In this document: piece after piece, positions 39,351-51,399 of the stretch
Layout of the letters: each line of letters starts with the position of its first letter
Numbering within the stretch: position 1 is the stretch's first letter
DNA from: Mobula hypostoma
Lineage: Eukaryota
Direction: 5' to 3'
Length of the DNA: 64,000 nucleotides
NCBI RefSeq assembly: GCF_963921235.1
Contig: NC_086108.1
Coordinates: 36,458,001 to 36,522,000 of the forward strand
Notes under the pieces: model-generated
The model's database searches: none
What the model was told of the DNA's origin: nothing
The model's input: the letters and a program-made list of their open reading frames with translations, nothing else
Program-made: the position numbers and the translations under genes

Positions 39351-39714
39351 TTATGTCTCTCACTCCTGAATTGCTTCCCACTGGCACTACTCTGGGACCT
39401 CATCAGTCACCTATCCAACAAACTTGAGGACTTATGCCTTTTCCAGGATCACTGCACTCGTGAAAATTCCTACCTTATTGAGCAAAATCAGACAGGTATT
39501 TGGAATCTGAAGTTATTGTTCACTCTTGTCACCGTTCCTATAAAATGCTGGCTGTATAAACTGACACTGGAGTGTGCTGTTAGCCCTCAGCAAAGGACAT
39601 GAAGGAAAGCTACAGGTGCACCTGCAAATAGGACTTCAGGCATGAGAGGCCCTCAGGTAAAGAATGAGAGAGGATGGGGGAGAGAAAGAGTGAACCAGTG
39701 CGTGCAAATGCATG

Positions 39715-40910
39715 TGTACATTTGTAAAGTGAAGTGAATAGCTTTAGTCTGCATACCATCTAAACAGATTCCATCACGTCTCTCCGGTGAAATGATATTG
39801 TTTCTGTTAAATAGGGGCCGTGGACAATTCTGATTTGATGGAGACAGACATGAAAGCACAGAGGAACATCTGGAGAAATTTCTGAAACGCCGGTCCGCTG
39901 CTGCTATTACTGGCCGATCGAGAATCTTCCAGAGGGAAGGCCCCAAAATCCCCGGCTTTGCCTGCTGCTGGCGACCGAGGCTGAGGTCGAATCGTTCGGA
40001 TAGAGATGGTGCTCGATACTCGGTATCGGAGGGCTGATCGGAGGCTCGAAGTTTCGGATGACTCAGAGTCGGATTGTGGTCGGGCATGGCAGGGAGAGTT
40101 TTCTTCCTTCTCCCGTCTGCGTGAGATGTGGGACTTTCGAGAGACTTTGAACTTTTTTACTGTGACCATGGCCTGTTCTTCATCAAGTTATGGTATTGTT
40201 GCACTGTTGTAACTATATGTTATAATTATGTGGTTTTTGTTAGTTTTTCAGTCTTGGTCTGTCCTGTGTTTTGTGATATCACACCGGAGAAATATTGTAT
40301 CATTTCTTAACGCATGCATTACTAAATGACAATGAAAGAGGACTGCATGTCCTCATAATCTAATCAATGCATTGAGGCAGTACAAGGGAAAAACAATAAA
40401 AGATGGCAGAATGAGATGTGAACAATGACAGATAAAGTGCAATGCAGGCAGACTAAAAGATACAAGATCATAATGAGATAGACAGTGAGGTCAAGAGTTT
40501 ACCTTAATCATACTAGGGAGCTGTTTAATAGTCTTATAGCAGCAGTATAGGTATTGTCCTTGACCCTGGTGGTACTTGCTTTCATGCTTTTGTATGTTCA
40601 TCTTCTGACTGATGGGGGAGGTGGGTGAGAAGAAGAAAGAGTCACTGTGGGGTGGGTTGAGCGTTTTGGCTGTTTGACCAAGATGGTGAGAAGCATGGAC
40701 AGAGTCCACATAAGGGAGGGTGGTGGACTAGTTTCTATGATGCGTGCAGCAGTGTCCATAGCTCTCTGCGTTTTCTTCAGTCTTGTGCAGAGCAGCTGCC
40801 ATATCAAGCTGTGATGTACCCAGACAAGATGCTTTTTATGGTGCATCTATAAAAATTGGTAAACAGGGACATGCTGAACTACTTCAGCATCCTGAGGAGG
40901 TAGAGATGCA
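39715..40910 (-). mobile_element. Rex1/Babar-like LINE 3' part, interrupted at ~39777-40366
   Basis: Plus strand GGTGCATCTATAAAAATTGGT (minus: NFYRCT), AATGCATTGAGGCAGTACAAGG 3' UTR; host sequence resumes after the inserted element. Confidence 0.75.
39777..40366 (+). mobile_element. ORF-less non-LTR element, copy A (5'-truncated)
   Basis: Collinear with 53045-53742; ends GAGGAC-TGCAT-GTCCTC hairpin plus (TAATC)n. Confidence 0.85.
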
Positions 40911-40949
40911 ACCTGCTGGCCATGCGTTAGCTGCAGACATGTGTGTAGG

Positions 40950-41378
40950 TGTCATGTTCAATCAGGTTTGAGGATCTGGCAAGTGATATAGAAAGCACTC
41001 TCTGCGAATAGGTATATTAATCATTTATTTACAAAGCATAAAAATTTAACGAAACATTCATGTTCCTCAAGTTACAGTCACTACAAAGTTGAATACTCAA
41101 CATTCATATGCACATTCAACAAACATACTTGGTTAAAATTATGTGCAGTGCAAACCTTCCCAAAGATCATGTCTTAAACAAGGGAAGAAGAGAGCAAGCC
41201 CCTTCCATGTGCTATTTTATATACTCAGGGTATTTGAAACTGGACACCAGGCAGCTATCCAATGGGAAAAGCAGCTGCAGCTTCCAAATGAACCAATCAC
41301 AACGGAAGCAACTTCCGACAATATCCCCACAGCTAAGGGTAATGACAAGAGCCTACACCATCTCACCCGTGCTCCACA
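40950..41378 (-). mobile_element. Probable solo LTR (~430 bp)
   Basis: TG...CA termini with TAGG/AAGG flanks (4-bp TSD, 1 mismatch); on minus, CCAAT boxes and paired ETS sites precede TATATAAAA (41215-41223), then AATAAA (41024-41029). Confidence 0.55.
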
Positions 41379-42339
41379 AAGGTTCCACTGTACTACCTAA
41401 CACTATAGAATCTAATTCAATCCATACCTAAGATTGTACTGTATGTGTATGTGCTCTCTTTTATTTAATCAATAGACAATATCTTACTTGATAATCTCAT
41501 CTGAATAAAATATTGCATGTGAAATCTAGAGTGCTATGATTTGAGTCTATTTTGTATGTCTCGGTGCATTAATAACAATATTCTAATTTATAAATTGTAA
41601 ACTCAGCTTTCAATATATCAAAATGCGTCTGTATTTCAGTATGAATCATAGGTCCCAGCTTTCAAAGTTGTATTAGCAGGTAAGTAAAGCCCATTAGTTT
41701 GTGTGAATGAGTGAATTGCATCTTGAGTGTGGACTTGGTGGTTAATTATTCCTAAAATTAAGCAAATACATTTAAACAACTCTGATTGACTTAATAATGG
41801 TGCAGTCTAATGTGCTGGAGAAATTGATGTCAGAGCATTGGATGGGTAATCAGAAGGGAGCAGCACTGAATCCTTCAATTACTGTTGCAAGTGCATTGCC
41901 ATGGAGTTATACTCAAGCATTTCATTCAATAGCTGCTTCCTTCAACTATTGCAAGATCTGTGTAGTGCTCAGGCAGAGCACAAATTAAAGAGCCTTCTAA
42001 GAGTTGTCTAATACATGACACTTCCATTCATCACTGATCCTTAATGTGTATTTGATATAGCTCTTTATGGAGGATTTTGAATTATGCAACTCATATGTCT
42101 CGACTCCCAGGGCAGCAGCAAACACTTAACTCCAGCTCTAAGGTAGAGTGGAGTGTGCAATTTGCTGACCTGTGCTTTAAGTCACCTTTGCTTGTCTACT
42201 AAATAAATTATAATGGGAGATGGTGCTATTTGAGAAATGGAAACACATTTCTATTTGCCGTTAAATGTATCACTACAAATACTATGGATAAAATACAGTG
42301 TCTGAATAATATTTATTACTTTTCAGAGTATATGAACTA

Positions 42340-42891
42340 TGCACTCAGTGGCCATTTCATTAGGTACCTCCTGTACCTAATAAAATGAGCACAGAGTGTA
42401 CGTTCATGGTTTTCTGCTGCTGTAGCCCATCCACTTCAAGGTTTGAGGTATTGAACGTTCAGAGATGCTCTTCTGCACACCACTGTGGTTAGTTGAGTTA
42501 TTGGTGTCTTCCTGCCAACTTGAACCAGTCTGTCCATTCTCCTATGCCCTCTCTCATTAGCAAGGCATTGTTGCTCATAGAACTGCTGCTTAATAGATGC
42601 ATTTTGTTTTTCACACCACTCTTTGGAGACTTGTGCGTGAAAATCCCAGGAGATCAGCAGTTTCTAAGATGCTCAAACCATTTGATCTGGTAGCAACAAT
42701 CATGCCATGGTCAAAGTTACTTAGAACACAAATATTCCCCATTCTGACATTTGGTCTGAGCAGCACTTGAACCTCTTGACCATGTCTGCATGCTTTTATG
42801 CATTGAGTTGCTGCTGCATGATCGACTAATTAGATGTTTATATTAACGAACAGGCATACAGGTGTACCTAATAAAGTGGCCACTAAGTGCA
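42340..42891 (-). mobile_element. Tc1/mariner deletion derivative
   Basis: TIRs TGCACTCAGTGGCCATTTCATTAGGTAC / GTACCTAATAAAGTGGCCACTAAGTGCA flanked by TA; minus ~42405-42742 carries a degenerate Tc1 N-terminal HTH (DHGMIVA..., ETADLLGFSRT, LKWMGYSSR). Confidence 0.9.
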
Positions 42892-44260
42892 TATTTATTT
42901 AAAAAGCAAATAAAATTCAACAAGAAGTCCATGGCACAGATTTTCTGATCTTGCATTTACCAGCCACTGATTTCTCCCGCTGCTTTGGGTATCAGATTAT
43001 CAAACCTGTCTGGAGTTTCTATCATTACTTATGTCACTTTGAAACCAAAACGTTCTTATTAGACTCCATGCTCATATCTTTTCCTCCTCATCATGACACC
43101 AAGAAGATAATGGTTGTAAGAGATTTCATGATTTACATGGGCATAATAACAGTGTTATATTCATAGAGTCATTGGGTAAAACAGCATGGAAACACAGCCT
43201 TCAGCCCAGTTGGTTCAGGTCAGCCACAGAATCCTCCCAGCTGGTCCCAGCTGGCCATTTTCAGCCACAGCCCTCCACACTCTTCCCCTCCACTGAAGAC
43301 ACCCACTGCTCCATGGTGAGTGTAGTACTGCTGGCATCAAACACATTAGAAGCTGAGCTTTTCTTATTGTGTGCGACAGTTTACCACAACATTAAGAACA
43401 TTAATCAGACCAAGACGTTAATATATTGTCCAGCATTTGGTGCCACAAATTTTTGTTGCTATTAAACATTCTTAGTTATCTACACTTCCATTTGACCTGA
43501 AGGGCTAAAATGTCGACTCCGAACCAAAATTAAACTTCCCCAGTGCATATTGGAGAAGCTCATTTCATCCCAGAGGCCACTCTTGCTCCAACTTCTTGAA
43601 TGCTATAAACCAGTTCAGTACCCTTGGGAGTGAATAAGGCAAATAAATGAAAACAACCAGGCTTCCCTATCCCCACGTATATTTAGCAACTCCTGGAAGA
43701 TTCTACATTTGCAACAGGGCAAGGAATCGATCTGCGCAAATCAGCATCAGATGTGATCTTCCTGCATTTCTCTGAGGGGGAAATTAATAGGTGCAAGTGG
43801 AGACACAAGGGACTGCAGATGCTGGAATCTGGAGCAACATTCCTAAACACATCTAGAGAGGTATATGGCTTGAAAATGTTTTGAGGGCTGTGAGCCAAAT
43901 GCAGGCAACTGGGACTAGCTTGCATAGATACCTTGGTTGCCATGGACAAGTTGTGCTGAAGGGCTTGTTTAGGTGATGTGTGACTCTCTGATGAATGTGG
44001 ATCCACAAGAACAAGGAGCCACTCACAAGAAGTTTGATGAGCAACATGATTCAGTACTGACTGTATGGTACTGCATTCTGATCCCCCAGCGGGGAGGTTC
44101 CCATTCAGCCCACTCTGCGGGAGATGGGCAGCTTAAGCAGAAGTTCTTTACAATGTGGCCACAGTACCCTAGGTTCAGGAACTTGTGTTCTGATACCTGA
44201 AAGCATCGACAGCTTCAGGAACCCACTGCCTCAAAATCTGTTTTGTTGTTCTGTTGTTGT

Positions 44261-45500
44261 TAGACCATAGAACAGTACAGTGTAGGCACTTTGGCTTACA
44301 ATGTTGTTGTACCGAACTAATTAACTTAGTAATCAAATCCATTTCCTTCTGGCCATATCCTTCCATTTTCCTTATATTCATTGGCCTATCTGAACATCTC
44401 TAAAACACTTTAATGTACCTACCTCTACCAGCACACTAAGCTGCACATTCCAGACAGCCATCACTCTCTGTGAAAACAATACTTGCCCCTCACATCTCCT
44501 TTGAAGTTTACCCCTGTCCCCTTAAATGCATGACCCTCTAGTATTAGATATTTCAACCCTGGGAAAAGATACTGTGCCTCTCATAATCTTACAAACCTCT
44601 ATCAGATCTCCCCTCAGCAGACATCCAACCTCTCCCGGAAGTTCCGGAGTCTCCCGCAAATTGATGGTGCTACCTCCCTGAAATGAGTTTTTGCAGGATG
44701 GGATGTCTGCCTCAGTCTCTGCTGCTCCAGAGAAAACAACCCAAGTTTGTCCAATCTCTTGTTATAGCACACACCATCAAATCTAGGCAGCATCTTGGCA
44801 AATCTCTTCTACACCCTCTCCAAAGCCTTGACATCCTTCTTAAAAATAGGCAACCAGAACTGTATGCAATACTCCAGATGCGGCTTGACTAGAGTTTTAT
44901 AAAGCTACAACAAAACTTCCTGAATTTTGAACTTGTCTATCGCTATCTGAAAACTTGGGGAACAGTGATCAGAAATCCTTAGGAGCGCACCCACTGAAAG
45001 GTCTGTCACCAGGGTAACATTCTCAGGCCCAGCGGCAGGTCCAGTACAGCCTTTCCTCTTGTTGGACTATCTACATATTGATTTCAGAAATCCTCCTGGA
45101 TGCACCTAACAAATTCTGCCACATCTGAACCTTTTGCTCTAAGCAGGTCCAAGTTTATATGAGGGAAGTCTCCCATTACAGCAACCCTATTAATTTTACA
45201 CCTTTCCTATATCTGCCACATATCTATTCCTCAATGGCTATTGGGGGGGGGGGTTCTGTAATATAATCCCAACAGAGTGATTCCACCCTCTCTATTGTTG
45301 AGTTCTACCCAATAGACTCAGTAGATGAACCCTCCATTGTGTTCCTTCTGAATGCAGCTGTTATATTGTCTCTGATTAGTAGTGCAACTCCCCTTCCACC
45401 TGTTTTTACTGCTCTCTCTATCTTTTCAAAACCTTGAGACATTAAGCACCCTTTCCTGTCCCTCTCTCAACCATCTGTACTGCCCAAACATCGTAGTTCC
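44261..45500 (-). mobile_element. CR1 LINE, degenerate and internally deleted
   Basis: Tail (plus strand) TAGACCATAGAACAGTACAG; RT C-terminal remnant CCAGAACTGTATGCAATACTCCAGATG; endonuclease remnants ~45050-45500. Confidence 0.8.
44618..44709. mobile_element. 92-bp MITE-like TIR element inserted in CR1
   Basis: TIR CAGACATCC...GGATGTCTG; flanking duplication CCTCAG at 44612-44617 and 44710-44715. Confidence 0.85.
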
Positions 45501-45504
45501 ATTG

Positions 45505-45755
45505 AGTCATAGAACATTACATCACAGAAACAGGCTCTTCAGACCACTTAGACTGTGCTAAGCCATTAATCTGTCTAGTCCCATTGATCTGCACCTGGAT
45601 CATACCCTCCACACCTCCTCCCATCCATGTACCTATCCAAATTTCTCTTAAATATTGAAATCAACTCCACATCCATCATTTGCACTGGCAGCTGGTTTCA
45701 CATTCTTATCAGGCTCTGAGTGAAGAAGTTCCCCTCAGACATTTCACATTTACCA
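45505..45755 (-). mobile_element. CR1 3' UTR fragment
   Basis: Plus strand AGTCATAGAACATTACATCACAGAAACAGGCTCTTCAG...CCATGTACCTATCCAAATTTCTCTTAAAT is a reversed CR1 3' end. Confidence 0.75.
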
Positions 45756-45756
45756 T

Positions 45757-46408
45757 TTATGGTGATGGGATCCCATGGAAGATTGCAGAAGTTTCAGAGA
45801 ATGATTTGTTGGATGCAAAGGCTCTTGGGGTGGTAGGTGAGGACAAGAGGAACTCTATCCTTCTTAAGGCGCCAGGAAGATGGGGTGAGTGTGGACGTGT
45901 AAGAAATGGAAGATTGTGAGCAAAGACAGCAGCAATGGTGGAAGATGTGAAACTCCATTCTTTGAAGGAGGACATCTCTGATGTCCTGCAAAGGAAAGAT
46001 GCTTCCTGGGAGCAGATGTGGTGGAGACGATGGAACTGGGTAAAGGGAATATCATTTTAGGAGATAGGGTGGGAAGAGATATAGTCAAGATAGCTGTGGA
46101 AATCAGTAGGTTTATAAAGATGTCAGTAGACAGTTTCTCTCCAGATATAGAGACAGGGAGATTGAGAAAGGGGAATGGGATGTCAGAAATGCACTGTGAA
46201 TTTAAGGGCAGCATGGAAGCTGGAGCCAAAGTTGATGAAATTGATAATCTCAGCATGGGTGCATGAAGCAGCACCAATAGAGTTGTCAATGTAACACAGG
46301 AAGAGTTGGGGGCATTACCAGGGAGGGCTGGGTCCATGGACTGTTCTGCATAGCCAACGAAAAGGCAGGCATAACCAGGACTCATGCAGGTGCTCAGGAC
46401 TACCCCTT
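45757..46408 (-). mobile_element. Penelope-like retroelement, degenerate RT fragment
   Basis: MSPGYACLFVGYAEQSM (PLE RT motif), PFLNL.VSISG.KLSTDIF, KDRVPLVLTYHP.SL.IQ.II. Confidence 0.9.
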
Positions 46409-46409
46409 A

Positions 46410-46670
46410 CCTGTGCCTTCTCTGTGAAAGCTTTGAGTGCTGAACTCACCCAGGTCACCTACTTAGTCTCTTCTCACCGAGCTTGTTAAACTTTTGACTC
46501 TAACTTCTCAAGACTAAGTTCTACAATTAAACAAATGAGGCCAAATAATTCAGCATTCTTAGCCTCTACCTGTTCTCATAGAAGCCTGCTGAGACAAAGC
46601 CTCTCACTTTAACCCTAGCCGACTCACACAATAGCCGCTCTGTTTAAACCTAGCTTCTTTTTATTGGCCC
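46410..46670 (-). mobile_element. Probable CR1 5' UTR (outer end of the 44261-45500 element)
   Basis: Plus strand ACTCACACAATAGCCGCTCTGTTTAAACC...CTTTTTATTGGCC resembles reversed CR1 5' ends; orientation matches. Confidence 0.45.
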
Positions 46671-46948
46671 TAGTTACTAATAACCCGGGTGATTTCCCAT
46701 TCCGCAGTAAGTGCCGATAGGCCCTGCTCATTTGTGAAAACTGGTATGTAAATTCCACAGGGAACTGCCTCCAACTCTCTCTGTGATCTCCCTTGTTGTT
46801 GTTGCTGTTGTTCTGTTGGTGTGTGAATGCTGTGGGGCAGGGTTAAATGTTGGAGCTGGAATGTGTGGCAAAACTTCCGGCACATCCCTATGTTGCGTTG
46901 TTTGTTAGTGCAAATGGTGCATTTCACAGTATGTTATGTAATAAGTAA

Positions 46949-48940
46949 TTTTTTTTTCTCCAAAGATACTTTATTCAAAAGTATTACACAATAAAGTTAT
47001 TTACATATAAGAAAAAAACATTCGTTGACTCTGAGTCCTTATTCAATAAAGTTATTTACAATAAAATTATGTGTTGACTCTCTGTTCATTTACAAATGAA
47101 AGATGTTTACAATAAACCGTTCATTTACTCTCAACCCTTGGTCAAGAGTTAAGACTTATTAACAATAAAATTATCAACAATGAAGGCAGGCTTTGGCTCT
47201 AATGTTTTTCCCAAATTAACAATTCCACCCACTCCTTGGGCACCATGTTGATTATCTGTCCCCACGACTGTTGAGGGTTAGTCTCCTCCCCACCCAACCC
47301 CTCCCACTCCCACGGGTGATGAACCTTGAACTGTGGTCCTTCCCCACCGGGCCTTCGCGGTGGCCGTACCAAGTTTGAGTGCATCCCTCAGCACGTACTC
47401 CTGCAGACGAGAGTGAGCCAGTCGGCAGCATTCAGTCACGGGCATCTCCATGTGCTGGCAGACCACCAAGTTTCGGGCAGACCAAAGCGCGTCTTTCACC
47501 GAATTGATGATCTGCCAGCAGCACCGGATGTTTGTCTCCGTGTGCGTCCCCAGGAACAGCCCGTAGATCACGGAATCCTCGGTAACGCAGCTGCTGGGGA
47601 TGAATCTTAGCACTGTCCCTTCCATTCTCTTCCACACCTTCTTTGCGAACCCACAGTGTGCAAAGAGGTGAGCCCCCGACTCCACCCTATTACAGTCCTC
47701 CCGTGGGCAGTGGGGTGCGGAGACGACATTCCGGGCACACAGGAGAGATCTGACTGGAAGGGCCCCTCTCACCGCCAGCCAGGCGAGGTCTTTGTGCCTG
47801 TTGGTGAGATCTGGCGATGAGGCATTTTGCCAGATGAACTGGACGGTCTGCTCAGGGAACCACCCCACTGAATCCATCTCATCCTTCTCCTGCAGTGCCT
47901 GCAGGACAGTACGTGCTGATCACTGTCTAATGGCCTTGTGGTCAAGTGCGTTGGCCTTGAAGAATTTTTCTATGAAGGACAGGTAAGGAGACAACGACCA
48001 GCTGACAGGGGTGTTGCGTGGGAGTGGGGCCAGACCCATCCTTCGTAGCCAGGGCGACAGGTAGAACCTGGGCACATAGTAGTACTTTGCGCCCACGTAT
48101 CTGGGATCCATGCACAGCCTGATGCAGCCACACACGAAGCTGGCCATCAGGGTGAGGGCGACATTGGGGACATTCTTGCCCCCGTTGTCCAGGGACTTGT
48201 GCATGACGGTCCATCTCACCCGCTCCATCTTGGATCCCCAGACAAATCTGAAGACAGCTCGGGTGATTTGCCAGCTGTAGGAGCGGGGGACGGGCCAGAC
48301 CTGTGCCAAGTACAGCAGCCCTGAGAGCACCTCACACCTGATGACCAGGTACTTGCCCGTTATCGACAGGGAGCGCCCTTCCCACAGTCCCAGTTTCTGT
48401 TTCACCTTGGCAATCTGCTCCAGCCAGTTCTTGTTGCACGCCTCAGCCCCTCTGAACCAGATCCCCAACACCTTCACGTGATCAGACCTGATGGTGAAGG
48501 GGACGCTGGATCGGTCGGGCCAGTTGCCGAAGTGTATGGCTTCGCTCTTCGTGCGGTTGACCCTGGCCCCCGACGCTAGCTCGAACTGTTCGCAGATGCC
48601 AATCAACCTGCGAACTGACCTCGGATCAGAGCAGAAGACGGCAACATCGTCCATGTACAGGGAGGTTTTCACTTGGGTCCCTCCACTGCCTGGCAGCGTC
48701 ACCCCTCTTATGCCCTCATCCCTCCTGATGGCTTCTGCAAAGGGCTCTATGCAGCAGACAAACAAGACAGGGGAGAGGGGACAGCCCTGCCTGACTCCAG
48801 ACCTGATGGGGAAGCTGTGTGTTTCCCACCCATTGACCTGGACTGCACTACGGATGTCTGTGTAGAGCAATCTGATCCAATTCCGGATTCCCTCCCCAAA
48901 TCCCATTTTGGAGAGCACGTCCGCCATGCACGTGTGCGAT
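46949..48940 (-). mobile_element. Tx1-group (L1 clade) non-LTR retrotransposon, 5'-truncated, with poly(A) tail
   Basis: ORF 47920-48927 GVRQGCPLSPVLF, LYMDDV, ASGARVN..KS; same-frame ORF 47278-47877 with zf-RVT (HCPREDC..ES.AHLFAHC); T9 at 46949-46957. Confidence 0.95.
47278..48927 (-). pseudogene. Tx1 ORF2 C-terminal half (RT + zinc finger) with a single in-frame stop
   Basis: Both ORFs are in frame; the junction reads KAIRQ*SARTVLQALQEKDEMDSVGW with TGA at 47920-47922. Confidence 0.9.
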
Positions 48941-48959
48941 TAATCTGAATCTTAATAAT

Positions 48960-51100
48960 GAAAAACATCTCAGTCACCAGCTGATCTGCTCTCCCATCTC
49001 CACTAAACTGATCTCAAAACAGTGATGCAACAGAAGTTGCCACAGGAAAAATCATTACACATGTACACAAAGATGTCACAAAGGAAGCTTTAATCACTCA
49101 GATGTCACAATGAAAGCTTTGGTCACTAAATGTCTTGTAGTCAAGTTGATGACTCCCAGCTGCCAGGAGCAGTGGGGAGTTCATAAGATCTGGTCTGCCC
49201 TGAAGTCTGCCTGTGTTATACCGGGGGTGGGGGGAGGTGCGCTAGGAGCAGACCCAAATGGAAGGCCCAGACATTGAAGTACTAGGAACAGGACTAGGTT
49301 TATCGAGATATCAAGGTGAATAAGGAAGAAACAACGCCGGACGTTGAAACAGGCCCTGGATGAGACCAGGATTCAGGGCCTGGGCAAGGACTTGGACTAG
49401 AAACACAGGACCCGGATGGGGAACTAGGAGCGAGGAGCCTGGACTAGGAACACGGACCTCCGGAACCAGAGCCTGGACAAGGACCGGAACCTGGGTCTTG
49501 GTTGGGACTCGGAACCTGGGTCTTGGTTGGGACAGAATCTGGGTCTTGGCTCAGAACCGGAATCTGGGTCTGGGCTAGGACTTGGGACTAGGATCTTGGC
49601 AAGGACAGGACATGGCTACAGGACAGGATAAGGCACATGGGCAAGATGAGAACACAAAGCCCTGGCTTGGACAGGACGAGGTTCTTGGATGTGGCTTGGA
49701 CAAGACGAGGGAACTCCAGCACCGGGCTGGGCGAGGTACTCCTGGGCAGGACATGGCTCTTGGACTAGGTTTGGCTCAGCTCTTGGACTCAGCTTGGTTA
49801 GGCTCTTGGTTACAGGGTCGGGACCCCACCTTAGAGCGCAGGGCCGGGATGACTGCCAAAGACACTTGCCGAGGGAACTGCCGAGGGACTCCTGGACTGA
49901 ACGAGAACACGAAGCCTTGACTTGGATAGGAATGGAAAACGACGCCTGGAACTTGGAACACAGGAACACAGAACACAGAGCAGGGACCCCTCCTTGGGAA
50001 CAGGACTCAGGGCCGGGGCCTTACACAGAGTCAGGACCCCTCCTTGGTAACAGGACCTAGGGCCAGGACTCTTCTTTGACATAGACACTAAACGTGGGGA
50101 CACAATAATATAGTTCCAAACTCAACAATAGATAGTTCCTTATCTTGGTGTGGCAAGGCTCCGGTCTCACTCCGGCGGTTGAACTTGACAGGGATGCAGG
50201 CAAGGCTTCAGAAGGAAGGGGGAGGGAACATTCCAGCAGGGAATCCTTGGTTTGCAGAGGTATTTACGTGCCAGCCTAAAACGAGAATCCGGTGCCTCAA
50301 TTAAGGCACCCAGTGGAACAAGGGAAAACAGGAAAACCTGGAATAAGGATCGATGAACCGACCGTGAACCAGAATGCGGATTTCACGGACTGGACCATGA
50401 CAACCTGTGGAGATATCCCATTTCTGTATCAGAATTGGTTTGATGAAAATAATGGTGAGATAAATATAAATGTGAAATAGACTTATTTCAGAAAGGGGGA
50501 GATAAGTAGGTCTACAAGCATTGCATATTCAGGTTCAACAAAGAATCTGTGGCATGAAGAACAAGTATCTGACAGGGAAAGCACTCAATATCCAGCAAAA
50601 GTCAACAACCATGTGATGTGCAGAGTCATCCCTACTCTCAAGGCCGTCCATGGCCCAAACACTCAGCATCGCTTGTCAGTGACAGCCAAAGATGAGAAAG
50701 AGGTCTTCAGAAACAGAGGTGGTTAGTCCCCAGTCTCAAGGAGAGCATGCCTGAGGATCTCTGAGGCACTGTATTATCATTGTTTTCAAGAAAGGAGATA
50801 TACAATATCATAATGTGGTAATTACAGAAGATTCTCCCAGCTGTCTGTCACAGGGGAAGTTACTGAAAGAATCTTTAGAGGTTCTCCTGGAATTGCAATG
50901 TGGTTCTCCACATCAATGTGATTCTCTCACTCACAGTGTAGTAATTCCAAGAAGAGTGAAAGAAGAAGCATCAACGGCTGTACATAACCTTCCTGAACAC
51001 CGTAATTGTGTCATCTTCAGTTATTGAGTGGGATTATGAAAAATCCTTCTCAACTTTGCCTTCCTCTTCCGAACAGAGGAAACTGGAAGGTTCTTAACTT
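48960..51100 (+). mobile_element. Old RTE-clade LINE remnant, split by a solo LTR
   Basis: NWFDENNGEI, KAVHGP, VFKKGD...CGNYR, ELQCGS motif remnants; the left boundary is uncertain. Confidence 0.6.
49214..50402 (-). mobile_element. Solo LTR (~1.19 kb, Gypsy/BEL-like) with internal minisatellites
   Basis: TGTTAT...ATGACA termini; 5-bp TSD GCCTG (49209-49213) / ACCTG (50403-50407); ~24-bp repeats GGAACCTGGGTCTTGG at ~49486-49580. Confidence 0.8.
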
Positions 51101-51399
51101 GTGTCTGTAATATTGTGAAGAACTGAGTTAGAGTAAGCCAAGGAAGACCCAAGAAAAATGGCTAAAAGTAATTGGTAGAGCTGGTGAGGTGACGTGAAGA
51201 AGCATATTCATCCAGCTATGGTAGGGGCCAGTACTCACTGCCTGTTCTGGTGGAAAGGCAAACACCCCTTCATACTTAAATATGTACTTGGATGCACAAT
51301 GATATTTAAGAAGTTCTTTACTTCAACCAGCACAGATGTGATGAGCCAAATAGACTCTTCACTGTACTGCAGAAGCTGCTCTATGATGACCTAGAGTCT

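Noticed and set aside
49071..49128. 29-bp tandem duplication AGATGTCACAA..AAGCTTT..TCACT
   Set aside because: Two diverged units in a decayed LINE; ordinary slippage
49360..50103. Cluster of repetitive G/T/R-rich ORFs; CRISPR-like periodicity
   Set aside because: Tandem repeats without unique spacers, inside a solo LTR; vertebrate context with no cas genes
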